DNA from: Pseudomonadota bacterium
GTDB taxonomy: Bacteria > Bdellovibrionota_B > Oligoflexia > Oligoflexales > CAIYRB01
DNA: 20,857 bases
Direction of reading: 5' to 3'
NCBI GenBank assembly: GCA_031416315.1
Contig: JANOTL010000116.1
Span: 1-20,857 of the forward strand
The notes under the pieces are model-generated. The model did not search any database. It was not told the DNA's origin and saw nothing but the letters and a program-made list of their open reading frames with translations. The first letter of the stretch is position 1. The number at the start of each line of letters is the position of its first letter. The position numbers and the translations under genes were made by a program. This document shows, piece after piece, positions 1 through 9,297 of the stretch.

Positions 1-47
1 GCTCCTGGGTGCTTCAGCCTATCGGCCAGCACCAGGGCCTCTTCGAT

Positions 48-1712
48 CTAGCGGTCGATCTCGTCGGGGGAGAAGTCCCGCCGGAAGAAGCCTTCCATCG
101 GCAACCCCAGACCGGACGACTCGGTAGCAGGCGCCTGCTGGATCGAATGCGCCTGCTCTAGGTGCGACGGATGCGCCAAGATCGCTTCGTGATGGCTTTC
201 GTGCTCGACATACTCATCCGAGAAGACGCGCTCAACGAAGCTCGGGGCCGTCTCCCGCACGAAATCGTCATTCGGATCGTCGAGGAGGCGAGCCCCTTCG
301 AGGTGCCGAGCGTCGTCTTCGCGCGTCTCGTATTGAGCAGAGTCATCGGCCATCGGCATCAGCAGGGGCTCGTCCGAATCGTGCGAAACGGTCGGAGATG
401 CCGACGGCGCATCGGCAAGGTCAAACGTCCAACGCGCTAGCTCCTGCGCCTCGAGCGATGGGCTAAGACTCGGAATCTCGATATCAGGCTCGCGCCGCTG
501 CGGCTGCAGCGGCGACGGCTGCGCTTGATACTGCTGCTGCGCTTGCGGCTGCGGCGCCGGGGTTTGCGTTTCGGGCTGGGCTTTGACGACCGGCGCCGGG
601 GTAGGGGCCGGCGCGGCCTGACGCGGCGCCTCGACCGGGCGCGACGCCTGAGGCTCAGGGCGGCGGTAACCGCCCGTCCGCGAGCCGCTGAAGCCGGCGA
701 GCGTCGTCTGCTGCTGCTGCTTCAGCATTTCGATCGCGTCTTCTTCCGACTGCTCGACCGGGAAGCCGGTCGCGATCACGGTGACGCGGATTTCTTCGCC
801 GAGGGTCTCGTCGATCACGGCGCCGAAAATGATGTTCGCGTCTTCGTGGGCGGCTTCCTGAATGATCGAGCAGGCCTCGTTCACTTCCATCAGCGTCACA
901 TCGCTACCGGCCGTGATGTTGATCAGGATGCCGGTCGCGCCTTCGATGTCCACGTCCTCGAGAAGCGGCGAGCTGATGGCCTGACGGGCAGCGGCGATCG
1001 CGCGGCCTTCGCCGCGAGCGCGGCCGATGCCCATGAGCGCCTGGCCCATGCAGGACATGACCGTCTTGACGTCGGCGAAGTCGACGTTGACCGTGCCGGG
1101 GATGTTGATGATGTCGGAGATGCCGCGCACCGCGTTCACAAGGACCTCGTCGGCCATCTTGAACGCTTCCATCATGCTGAGGCCCGGCGTCGCGACCTGC
1201 AGGAGGCGCTGGTTCGGGATCGTGATCAGCGTGTCGACGGCCTCGCGCAGGCGGGCAACGCCGATGTCGGCGTGCTTTTTCCGACGCTTGCCCTCGAAGG
1301 TGAAGGGCTTGGTCACGACCGCGACCGTCAGCGCGCCGAGCTCGCGAGCGATCTGTGCCACCACCGAGGCGCCGCCGGTGCCCGTGCCGCCGCCCGTGCC
1401 GGCGGTGATAAAGACCATGTCGGCGCCCGAGAGGTACTCCTGGATCGCCGTCCGATCCTCGAGCGCCGCGTCGCGGCCGACGTCCGGATCCGCGCCGGCG
1501 CCGAGACCACGGGTCAGCTCGCGGCCGATCTGGATCTTGTTGGTCGCCAGCGAGAACTTCAGCGCTTGGACGTCGGTGTTGCAGGTCACGAAGTCGACGC
1601 CTTCGAGTCCGCTTTTGATCATGGTGTTGACGGCGTTGCCGCCGCCCCCGCCCACGCCGATCACCTTGATTCTGGCTCCGGGCGGTGCGATCTGTTCCGC
1701 ATCGAAAGACAT
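48..1712 (-). CDS. ftsZ: Cell division protein FtsZ with a long C-terminal linker; the ORF stops at a TAG (48-50) but the frame continues open to the window edge
   Basis: Motifs [23 protein letters not shown], tubulin signature GGGTGTG, T7 loop NVDFADV and VTVIATGF. Start moved to ATG at 1712 (MSFDAEQ...), which has GGAGA upstream. Lies directly downstream of ftsA. Confidence 0.97.
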   Translation of the reverse strand: MSFDAEQIAPPGARIKVIGVGGGGGNAVNTMIKSGLEGVDFVTCNTDVQALKFSLATNKIQIGRELTRGLGAGADPDVGRDAALEDRTAIQEYLSGADMVFITAGTGGGTGTGGASVVAQIARELGALTVAVVTKPFTFEGKRRKKHADIGVARLREAVDTLITIPNQRLLQVATPGLSMMEAFKMADEVLVNAVRGISDIINIPGTVNVDFADVKTVMSCMGQALMGIGRARGEGRAIAAARQAISSPLLEDVDIEGATGILINITAGSDVTLMEVNEACSIIQEAAHEDANIIFGAVIDETLGEEIRVTVIATGFPVEQSEEDAIEMLKQQQQTTLAGFSGSRTGGYRRPEPQASRPVEAPRQAAPAPTPAPVVKAQPETQTPAPQPQAQQQYQAQPSPLQPQRREPDIEIPSLSPSLEAQELARWTFDLADAPSASPTVSHDSDEPLLMPMADDSAQYETREDDARHLEGARLLDDPNDDFVRETAPSFVERVFSDEYVEHESHHEAILAHPSHLEQAHSIQQAPATESSGLGLPMEGFFRRDFSPDEIDR

Positions 1713-1757
1713 ATGCGTCTCCGAAAAGAAAATTGCAGGAATTGGCTGTTTCCAACA

Positions 1758-1787
1758 ATTATACGAACCGCTGGCAAACGAAGTCAA
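1758..1787 (-). promoter_or_regulatory. Internal sigma70-type promoter for ftsZ
   Basis: Minus strand reads TTGACT (1787-1782), an 18-nt spacer, then TATAAT (1763-1758), in an AT-rich gap between ftsA and ftsZ. Confidence 0.8.
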
Positions 1788-1820
1788 TGCCGGCAGATTC
1801 GCGGACTTATGAACGCGTCC

Positions 1821-3068
1821 TCAGCTCAGCTCTTTGAACCAGTTGAGGATGGGTCCTAAGTAGCGGTTGGTCCACGTGTTGCGCCGCTGCTTTGTCGTTT
1901 CTTCCAAACGGTGCAGCTCGAGGTTCAGCAGCCCGAGGACCGTCGCGTGCTTGGTCGGATGCGGAGACTCCGCTAGCGCTTGCACCGGATCGACCTGCAC
2001 GTGGCGCATCTCCACAGGCAGGACGGGGCGGGCGCGCGTGACCGGAATGCCCATTTTCTGCTGGAAAAACTCAGGAAGTCCTTTGACGCCGGCGGCGCCA
2101 CCAGTCAGGAGAAGACCCGCGCCGAGGCTGCCGCGAAACGGCACGAGCTCCTTCGCCACCAGGTGACAAAGCTCGTGTACGCGCGCGCCCAAGATCGGCA
2201 CCGCGTCCTCTGGCCGCACAGGACGCAAAACGCCGCGCACATCCGTCAGCTCGCAGACGTCGCCCTCGCGAGGACGTAGCCCGTAGCGCAATTTCAGGGT
2301 TTCCGCATCGTCGGGCGTGATGTTGAGGCCGATCGACAGATCGCTCGTCATCAGCTTGCCCGCGACGTTCACGGTGAAGGCGTAAATCGGGCGGCCGCGG
2401 CGGAAGACGATGCCGTCAGTCGTGCCGCCACCGATGTCGCAAAGCGCGACGCCAAGCTCCTTGAAGCGGTCGGGGATCGTCACGGCCGCCGACGCGAAGG
2501 GCTCGGAATAAAGCCGCGCGACCTGCAAACCGCTGGCGTTGCAGACGTCGACCACGTCCTTCAAATACAGCTTGTCCGCGTCGATCAGAAAGAAGTCGCC
2601 GGCGAGCACTTTGCCGTTGAAGCCGATGGGCTGATCGACAGAATCGCGCTGGTCGACGCGGTAACCGATCGGGACGACGTGCAAGAGCTCGCGGGTCTCG
2701 CTCTGATGTTCGGCTTCGACGCGCTCGACCAGCTTTTCCAGGTCCTTTGGCCCGACGAGCCCCGACTCGACGGTGATCGCTCCGGTGACGATGCGGCTGC
2801 GCAAGTGACTGCCGGCGACGCCGACCACGACCTCGCCGATATCCTGTTCGAACTGCTTTTCCGCGGTTTCGACGAGGCGCGACAGGGCGACTTTGACCTG
2901 AGCCAGGTCCGCGAGCATGCCGCGGCGCATCCCCTCGGCAGGAATGGAGACCGTGTCGGCCATGAGACCCTGGTCTCCCGGCTTAGGTCTTAACGTCGCG
3001 AGACAGAACTTGGTCGTACCAAGGTCGAGCGCGACGACGTTGCGCAGCTTACTGAGCTTGCCGGGCAT
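1821..3068 (-). CDS. ftsA: Cell division protein FtsA (actin-like ATPase)
   Basis: Phosphate-1 motif VALDLGTTK, GMRRG, phosphate-2 motif DIGGGTTD, LLTGGAA and a C-terminal amphipathic helix (LGPILNWFKELS). Sits between ftsQ and ftsZ. Confidence 0.95.
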   Translation of the reverse strand: MPGKLSKLRNVVALDLGTTKFCLATLRPKPGDQGLMADTVSIPAEGMRRGMLADLAQVKVALSRLVETAEKQFEQDIGEVVVGVAGSHLRSRIVTGAITVESGLVGPKDLEKLVERVEAEHQSETRELLHVVPIGYRVDQRDSVDQPIGFNGKVLAGDFFLIDADKLYLKDVVDVCNASGLQVARLYSEPFASAAVTIPDRFKELGVALCDIGGGTTDGIVFRRGRPIYAFTVNVAGKLMTSDLSIGLNITPDDAETLKLRYGLRPREGDVCELTDVRGVLRPVRPEDAVPILGARVHELCHLVAKELVPFRGSLGAGLLLTGGAAGVKGLPEFFQQKMGIPVTRARPVLPVEMRHVQVDPVQALAESPHPTKHATVLGLLNLELHRLEETTKQRRNTWTNRYLGPILNWFKELS

Positions 3069-3103
3069 AGAAGAACGCCTGCTTTTCCGGTGATGCTCTA
3101 TTC

Positions 3104-3991
3104 TTACATTTTCTTGAATTTCACAAAAGCCTTGCCCTGATAGTCGAGCTCGATGCGCTCGGCATGGCTGCCCTTCTCACGAAGCTTCACGAGGATGCCC
3201 TCGAGCTTGTCGAGCTTGGCGTTGAAGGGCGCGCGTCCAAGTTGGACCTCCAGCTCCTGGGGCTCGGTCAGAGAGACGAGGAATCCCCGGTAGCGCTGGT
3301 AGGTCAAGCCTTTGACGGGAAGCTTGCGGCTCTTGAACTCGCCCTGTAGGAGCACCGCTTCCTTCAGGGCACCGAGCTCTTCTGCCGTCGTCGGATAGGT
3401 GAGATCGGTCGCCGCGACGAGCTTGCGGCCCCGGTCCTCGAAGATGCCGGTGAGCATCGCGCCCGGACAGTCGCCCGGCTCCTTCACGGCGGCGCCGAAG
3501 ACCTCGCCTTCGGTGCCGACGAAGTGCGTCTCGCCTGCTTCGACGCAAAGCACTGGAGTGCGGGGCGTCACGGACACTGCGGCCTGTGCCGCGCCTAGCC
3601 GAACGACTGCAACGTGAGCAAACGCGTCGAGCTTCTGAATCGCGGCAGCCGTACGGGCGAGCTCCGCAGAGGTTCCATGGCCCAGGTTTCGGCGTGCCGC
3701 CTCGTGAACCTTCAGAATCGTAGGCTCGCTGAGCGCCGCCTCGCCGTCGACCTTCAGGCTGACCGCCCAAGCCGGAGGTCTGGATGGATTGCCCGTGGTC
3801 ATGACTAGGTGACGCTTGGCGTAGAGGCCACCGACCGCCAGGCCCAGCACGCCGACGACGACGAGCGCGCCTTTCAAGCGCGATCCGCCGGAGTCGCCCT
3901 TGCGTGAGCGCGGTGAGGCACCCCGCTTGCCCTTTTTAGGTCTTTGCCGAGAGAGGACCGAGCCCGCCGGTTTCTTGCGCCCGAAGATCAT
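3104..3991 (-). CDS. ftsQ: Divergent FtsQ/DivIB-family cell division protein
   Basis: Basic cytoplasmic N-terminus, one TM segment (LVVVGVLGLAVGGLY) and a C-terminal RIELDYQGKAFVKF that resembles the FtsQ DLR-Y region. Located just upstream of ftsA. ATG at 3991 has GAAGGGA upstream. Confidence 0.8.
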   Translation of the reverse strand: MIFGRKKPAGSVLSRQRPKKGKRGASPRSRKGDSGGSRLKGALVVVGVLGLAVGGLYAKRHLVMTTGNPSRPPAWAVSLKVDGEAALSEPTILKVHEAARRNLGHGTSAELARTAAAIQKLDAFAHVAVVRLGAAQAAVSVTPRTPVLCVEAGETHFVGTEGEVFGAAVKEPGDCPGAMLTGIFEDRGRKLVAATDLTYPTTAEELGALKEAVLLQGEFKSRKLPVKGLTYQRYRGFLVSLTEPQELEVQLGRAPFNAKLDKLEGILVKLREKGSHAERIELDYQGKAFVKFKKM

Positions 3992-5405
3992 GTCGTCCCT
4001 TCGCGAGATCCTGCGCGAGGAGGGTCGCGACGCCATCGACGTCGCCCGCCCCGACAGTGAGCACCACTGCCGGATATTCTAGCCGATCTCGGACACTTTT
4101 GGCGGCATCCGCAAACGTCGCGCAGGCGACGGCCTGGACGCGGACCTCGTCGCGCAAGGCTTTGGCGACGACTGCCGGCGAAAAGTCCCGCGTCGTCGTC
4201 TCGCCGGCGGCGTAGACCGGAAGCACGTGCACGAGGTCGGCGCCCTTCAGCGCGTCGAGCATCTCGCCCCACATCGTCTCAAGCCGCGAGTACCGATGGG
4301 GCTGAAAAACGACGTGCAGGCGCCAGCCCGGGAAGCCTTCGCGCAAGGCCGCGATCGACGCCTCGATTTTCCCCGGATTATGGGCGTAATCATCGAAAAT
4401 CTTCAGCTCGGCGTCTTCGTAGACGAGGGCCATTCTTCGCGCGACCCCGGTAAACTCAGCGAGCGCGGCGGCCGCGCGGTCCACGTCGAGCGACAAGGCG
4501 CGCACGACGGCGAGCGTCGCCAGCGCGTTCTGCACGTTGTGGCGGCCGAGCATCTTCAACCGACAACGCACTTGGTCGCGCTCGACCATCGCGAGGAAGG
4601 TCGTTTCGCCGTTCTCCGTCTTGACGTCGAGCCCGCGCACGTCGCTGCCGATCAAAAAGCCGAAGGTCATGCGATTACCCTCGTAGCGGCGGCCGACTTC
4701 GCGCGCGAGCGCGCTGTCCCAACCGACGACGGCGGTCCCGTCCTCGACGATGTTCGCGAGGTGCTCGGAGAACGCCGAGCAGAGCGCGTCGGTCCCTTTG
4801 AAGAATTCCATATGGTCGAGCGCGATGTTGGTGACGACGCCGATCAGCGGCTGATAGCGTAGAAAGGAGCCGTCGGATTCATCGGCCTCGGCGACGAAAT
4901 GCGCTCCTTGGCCAAAGCGCGCGGGGCTGTCGTAACGCCGGATCGTCGCTCCGCAGGCGACGGAGGGATCGACGCCGAGCGAGTCAAGGACGTGCGCGAT
5001 CATCGCCGTTGTCGTCGACTTGCCGTGCGCGCCCGCGATCGTAATTCCCTGTTTAGTGGCGAGCATCGCCGCGAGCATCTCGCTGCGATGCCACACCAGC
5101 AGGTCGGCGCCGCGCGCCGCGACGAGCTCGACATTGTCGGGCGCGATTGCCGAAGAATAAACGACGATTTTCGCATCGCCCAGGGCCTCGGCCGTGTGCC
5201 CGACCTGCACGCGCACGCCGAGCCGCTCGAGCTGCTTCAGAGCCGGGCTCGCCTTCGAGTCGCTCCCCGAAACGGCGGTTCCGCCTTTGACGACGAGCTC
5301 CGCCAGTGCCGACATGCCGGCGCCCCCGATCCCGATGAAATGGACGGGTCCCGCAAGCGTCTGGAGCGCTTTAAGCTTGGGCCGATCCTTTGGCGCCTGT
5401 GCCAC
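3936..5405 (-). CDS. murC: UDP-N-acetylmuramate--L-alanine ligase
   Basis: Motifs HFIGIGGAGMSALA, GAHGKSTTT, VAEADESDGSFL, DDYAHNP and VFQPHRYSR. GTG start with GGAG upstream. Confidence 0.97.
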   Translation of the reverse strand: MAQAPKDRPKLKALQTLAGPVHFIGIGGAGMSALAELVVKGGTAVSGSDSKASPALKQLERLGVRVQVGHTAEALGDAKIVVYSSAIAPDNVELVAARGADLLVWHRSEMLAAMLATKQGITIAGAHGKSTTTAMIAHVLDSLGVDPSVACGATIRRYDSPARFGQGAHFVAEADESDGSFLRYQPLIGVVTNIALDHMEFFKGTDALCSAFSEHLANIVEDGTAVVGWDSALAREVGRRYEGNRMTFGFLIGSDVRGLDVKTENGETTFLAMVERDQVRCRLKMLGRHNVQNALATLAVVRALSLDVDRAAAALAEFTGVARRMALVYEDAELKIFDDYAHNPGKIEASIAALREGFPGWRLHVVFQPHRYSRLETMWGEMLDALKGADLVHVLPVYAAGETTTRDFSPAVVAKALRDEVRVQAVACATFADAAKSVRDRLEYPAVVLTVGAGDVDGVATLLAQDLAKGRHDLRAQETGGLGPLSAKT

Positions 5406-6555
5406 TCTGTGCTCCCCCCTCGTGCACGTCGGCGTCCTTTGCCAAGCGTGCCAGCACGGCCGTGATCATCAGGGAGACGATGAGGGAGCTCGTACCGCTG
5501 CTGACGAAGGGCAATGGCATCCCTTTGGTCGGCAAGAGTCCCATGGCGACGCCCATGTTGATGGCCGCCTGCAGGGTAATCATGCAGGTCAGTCCGAAGG
5601 CAAGGAATTTTCTGTAGGGCTCGATCTGCGCACAAGCGATGCGCCAGCCGATCACCGTCAGCAAAAAGAACAAGGATAATATGAGGATGACGCCTACCAG
5701 ACCGAGCTCTTCGGCGATCACCGCGAGGATGAAGTCTGTGTGCGCTTCAGGCAGGAAGAAGAGCTTTTGTTTGGACTCGCCAAGGCCGACGCCCATGAGC
5801 CCGCCGTTTTGGAAGGCCACGAAGCTTTGGATGATCTGGAAGCCGGAGCCCTTCACGGTCGACCACGGGTCGAGGAAGCTCAAGATGCGCTGCATCCGAA
5901 AGGGCTCGAGCAAAACCGCACCGATGACGGCGACGACGAAGAACGCGAGCGAGCCCAGGATGAATTTCCGGCTCACCCCCGCGGCGATCAGCATGCAGAA
6001 GGTCGTCGCGAAGAGCAGCACCGGCGTGCCGAGATCCTTTTGCTTCAGGAGCAAGAGCGAGAAGATGCCGAACACCATCAGGTTGGGCATGACGCCGCGC
6101 GCGAGGCTCGCGACGTTGTTCAAAGGGCGGGAAAGATTCCGTGCGAGGAAGAGAACGAGCGCGAGCTTCGCCAGTTCGCTCGGCTGACCGCCCACCAGCG
6201 GCAAGTTGAGCCAGCGCTGCGCGCCGTTCACTTTGCTGTATGCGCCCGGCACGAAGATCAGCGCGAGCAGGAAGAGCACGATTCCGAGGAAGGGTAGGGT
6301 CGCCCGCTGGAGCCATGGCATCGGCACGTGGCGAAACACGAAAATCGCGGCGAAACCCAACGCCGCGGTCGCGAGCTGCTTCTTCAGGAAGTAGAACTCG
6401 CTGCCGAAGATCTGCGCGCCCTTGAGCGAAGACGCGGCGTAGATCGCGACGAAGCCGATCGCGGTCAACGCGAACACCACGGTCAGGAGCGCGAAATCAA
6501 GGCGTGAGCCACCGAAGCTCGCCGGCGGGAGCTTCGCATCGGAGGAGGGTGACAC
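5371..6555 (-). CDS. ftsW: SEDS peptidoglycan glycosyltransferase FtsW
   Basis: About 10 hydrophobic segments, with motifs GAQRW, QPSELAKL, LPEAHTDFI and PTKGMPLPFVSSG. GTG start with AAGGAG upstream. Confidence 0.96.
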   Translation of the reverse strand: MSPSSDAKLPPASFGGSRLDFALLTVVFALTAIGFVAIYAASSLKGAQIFGSEFYFLKKQLATAALGFAAIFVFRHVPMPWLQRATLPFLGIVLFLLALIFVPGAYSKVNGAQRWLNLPLVGGQPSELAKLALVLFLARNLSRPLNNVASLARGVMPNLMVFGIFSLLLLKQKDLGTPVLLFATTFCMLIAAGVSRKFILGSLAFFVVAVIGAVLLEPFRMQRILSFLDPWSTVKGSGFQIIQSFVAFQNGGLMGVGLGESKQKLFFLPEAHTDFILAVIAEELGLVGVILILSLFFLLTVIGWRIACAQIEPYRKFLAFGLTCMITLQAAINMGVAMGLLPTKGMPLPFVSSGTSSLIVSLMITAVLARLAKDADVHEGGAQSGTGAKGSAQA

Positions 6556-6586
6556 CGATTCTCTCCTTGTTTCGGCTACTTTTTCG

Positions 6587-7885
6587 CTACGTCATACCCA
6601 GCGCGATCAAGCGGTCCTTGAACACGTCGCCGCGATGCTCGTAGTTGGCGAATTCGTCGAAGCTCGCACATCCCGGAGAGAAAAGTATCGCATGGGCCGG
6701 GCCTAAAGGGATCTCGGGCAGCGCCTTGAGCGCGGCGTCGAGCGTCGGGAACTCGTGCAGCGTCACCGCCTTGTCGGCGGCGCGGATGTCTTTGGCGATC
6801 GTGTTACCGGAGGGGCCAAACGTCACGATCGCCGCGATCTTACGCTTCTCCTCGAGGAGCGGCGCGTACGGCTCGCCTTTGCCTTGGCCGCCCATCATGA
6901 GGAGGACGGGCTGCTCTTGGCTGCGCAAGGCGACGAGCGTCGACTCGACGTTCGTCGACTTCGAATCGTTGATCACGGGCACGTCGCGGTAGCTGCCGAG
7001 CTTCTGGCAGCGGTGCGGTAGGCCGACGAAACCTTCGAGGAAAGGGGCGAGCAGCATTGGCTCGCAGCCGTACATCGCCGCGGCCGCGTGCAGCGCGAAC
7101 GTCGCGTTCAGCTGGTTGTGACCTTCGGTGATGCCGTACTTCGCCAGCTCCTTGCCGTACCCGTAACCTTCCGGCTCGATGACCTTGCAGTACAGATCGA
7201 GGCCGAGCCGCTTCGCGTGCGCAAGAACGTCGCGCGGGATGACCGCGGTGTCCTTCGGCCCCATGCGCGCGAACAGCCGCCACTTCGCCTCGAAGTAGCC
7301 CTCGAGCGTCCCGTGGCGCTGCATGTGGTCGAAGGAAAAGCTCGTGAAAATGGCCGCTTTCGGCTGAATGAGCTGCGACTGTTCCAACTGGTACGAGCTG
7401 AGCTCCAAGATCAGGATCTCGCCCGCGCGTTCTTCCGCCAGCATGCCCGTCGGCGGATCGCCGAAGTTGCCGCCGATGCCGACGCGCTTGCCCGCCTTCG
7501 ACAGTACGTGACCGAGCATCGCGCAGGTGGTGCTCTTGCCGTTGGTCCCCGTGACGCCGATGACGGTGCCGCGGTAATGCTCGAGCGCCAGGTCGATCTC
7601 GGAGATCAGCGGGATCTTCCGCCGCTGCGCTTCGACGATCAGCGGATGGTTCGGCGGTAGGCCTGGTGAAAGCACGACGCGAGCCGCGCCGTCGAGGTCG
7701 GCGATCTGATGGCCGCCCTCGTACACCTTCACGCCGGCAAGCGCCTTGAACGCGGCCCGCCGCTCGGGGGTCAAGGACTTGGCCTCGGACACCACGACGG
7801 GGACACGCATGATTTTCGAGAGAAATTGCGCCGCGCCGAGGCCCGACACTCCACCACCGATGATGACGTGCAGCCCGGCTTTCAC
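6587..7885 (-). CDS. murD: UDP-N-acetylmuramoyl-L-alanine--D-glutamate ligase
   Basis: Motifs VVLSPG, GVTGTNGKSTT, LELSSYQLE, GLPHR, NDSKSTN and FSPGCASFDEFANYEHRG. Confidence 0.97.
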   Translation of the reverse strand: MKAGLHVIIGGGVSGLGAAQFLSKIMRVPVVVSEAKSLTPERRAAFKALAGVKVYEGGHQIADLDGAARVVLSPGLPPNHPLIVEAQRRKIPLISEIDLALEHYRGTVIGVTGTNGKSTTCAMLGHVLSKAGKRVGIGGNFGDPPTGMLAEERAGEILILELSSYQLEQSQLIQPKAAIFTSFSFDHMQRHGTLEGYFEAKWRLFARMGPKDTAVIPRDVLAHAKRLGLDLYCKVIEPEGYGYGKELAKYGITEGHNQLNATFALHAAAAMYGCEPMLLAPFLEGFVGLPHRCQKLGSYRDVPVINDSKSTNVESTLVALRSQEQPVLLMMGGQGKGEPYAPLLEEKRKIAAIVTFGPSGNTIAKDIRAADKAVTLHEFPTLDAALKALPEIPLGPAHAILFSPGCASFDEFANYEHRGDVFKDRLIALGMT

Positions 7886-9297
7886 CGCGCACCTCCTTTG
7901 AGCCGCTCGACGAGCCGGCCGAGACGCATGCCGTTCGAAGCCTTCGCAAAGAGGACTTCACCACGATCCGCGAACGGAATGTCGGCGGCAAGCAATTGAT
8001 CAATGGTCGCGAACGCCTGCACGCGGCTGGCGGGAAAACCCGCACCCGTCGCGCCGGCGGCGATATGTTGCGCATCTGTTCCGACGACGTAGAGCCATTC
8101 GGGTTTCACGTTGGCTCCCGCATACGCGCCGACGCGCGCGTGCTCCGTCGCGCTCTCGTCGCCGAGCTCGAGCATGTCGCCGAGGACAAGTACCTTGGTT
8201 TTTCCGGCAAAGCTTCTGGCCAAGCTCGACATTCCCGAGATCATGCTATCGGGACTCGCATTGTAAGTGTCGTCGATCAAGGTCAAATTCCGTAGCTGGT
8301 GGATCTGGTAGCGTCCTTTGATGCCGCGGAACGCTTGCAAGCCTGAAACGACGGCATCGAGCGGGATGCCTGCGGCCGTGGCCATGGCGGCCGCAGCGGC
8401 TGCATTGACTGGATACGCCTGATGCGCGGACGATAACTCTACTTTCTGCGTTTTTCCGACGACCGACAAATCGAGCGTCATGCCGCCGTCGTCGCGCCAG
8501 CGCTCCCCTATGATACGAACATCTGCCTCGGGAAGGCGCCCGAAGACCAAAGTCTGCTTTTTCGTGGCCTTCGCGCCCGCGAGAATACGGGGATCGTCGC
8601 CAAAAGCCACCTGGACCGTATGGTCCGGGCTATCCCGGAAGATCTCGAGCTTGGTGTCGAGGAGCGCCTGGACCGACCCGAAGATCCCGACATGAGTGAT
8701 CCCGACGTTGATCAGCCCGACCACGTTTGGGAGGGACATTTCGCAAAGAAATCGGATATTTCCGGGCATGCGGGCGCCGAACTCGAGGGCGCCGTAGCGA
8801 TGCTCCGGGCGCAGCGCCAAGAGCGTCTTGGGCACCCCGATCTCGTTGTTGAAGCTGGCTTCCGTCGCCAAAGCCGGCCCTGCTGCTTTTAGTATCAGCC
8901 CTAGCATTTCCTTGCAGGTCGTCTTGCCGGTCGAGCCGGTGAGGGCCAGAAGGCCCACGTCCTTCAAGGACATCCGCCAGCCGTGGGCCAAGGCCTGGAA
9001 GGCCGCGAGGGTATCGGTGACGGCGATGCCTCCCGCCGGGACCGGCCCCGTGACGCGCTCGGCCTGGTAGAGGAAGCCGGCGGCTCCGCGCTGCATCACC
9101 TCGCCGACGTACGCGTGGCCGTCGAATGTCTCTCCCACGATCGGGACGAACCACTCGCCTTTGCCGATGCTGCGACTGTCGGTGCTGAGCCCGTCGACGC
9201 AGACCGGAGGCGCGCCCTCGGGAAGGCTCGCCTGCGCGAGCGTCGGGCCGAGAAAGCGGCGCACTTGGTCCCATGTCAGAGGCAGCATCGAGCTCAT
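7882..9297 (-). CDS. murF: UDP-N-acetylmuramoyl-tripeptide--D-alanyl-D-alanine ligase
   Basis: Motifs STDSR, GETFDGH, TGSTGKTTCKEM, SFNNEIGVPKTL, DDTYNASPDS and LGDMLELG. Confidence 0.97.
   Translation of the reverse strand: MSSMLPLTWDQVRRFLGPTLAQASLPEGAPPVCVDGLSTDSRSIGKGEWFVPIVGETFDGHAYVGEVMQRGAAGFLYQAERVTGPVPAGGIAVTDTLAAFQALAHGWRMSLKDVGLLALTGSTGKTTCKEMLGLILKAAGPALATEASFNNEIGVPKTLLALRPEHRYGALEFGARMPGNIRFLCEMSLPNVVGLINVGITHVGIFGSVQALLDTKLEIFRDSPDHTVQVAFGDDPRILAGAKATKKQTLVFGRLPEADVRIIGERWRDDGGMTLDLSVVGKTQKVELSSAHQAYPVNAAAAAAMATAAGIPLDAVVSGLQAFRGIKGRYQIHQLRNLTLIDDTYNASPDSMISGMSSLARSFAGKTKVLVLGDMLELGDESATEHARVGAYAGANVKPEWLYVVGTDAQHIAAGATGAGFPASRVQAFATIDQLLAADIPFADRGEVLFAKASNGMRLGRLVERLKGGAR

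Noticed and set aside
1713..1787. ORF-track N-terminal extension of FtsZ (and likewise of RsmH to 14076, FtsQ to 4036 and the membrane protein to 15514)
   Set aside because: The extensions overlap promoter elements or upstream genes. Downstream ATGs have RBSs or coupled overlaps and, for FtsZ and RsmH, match family N-termini.
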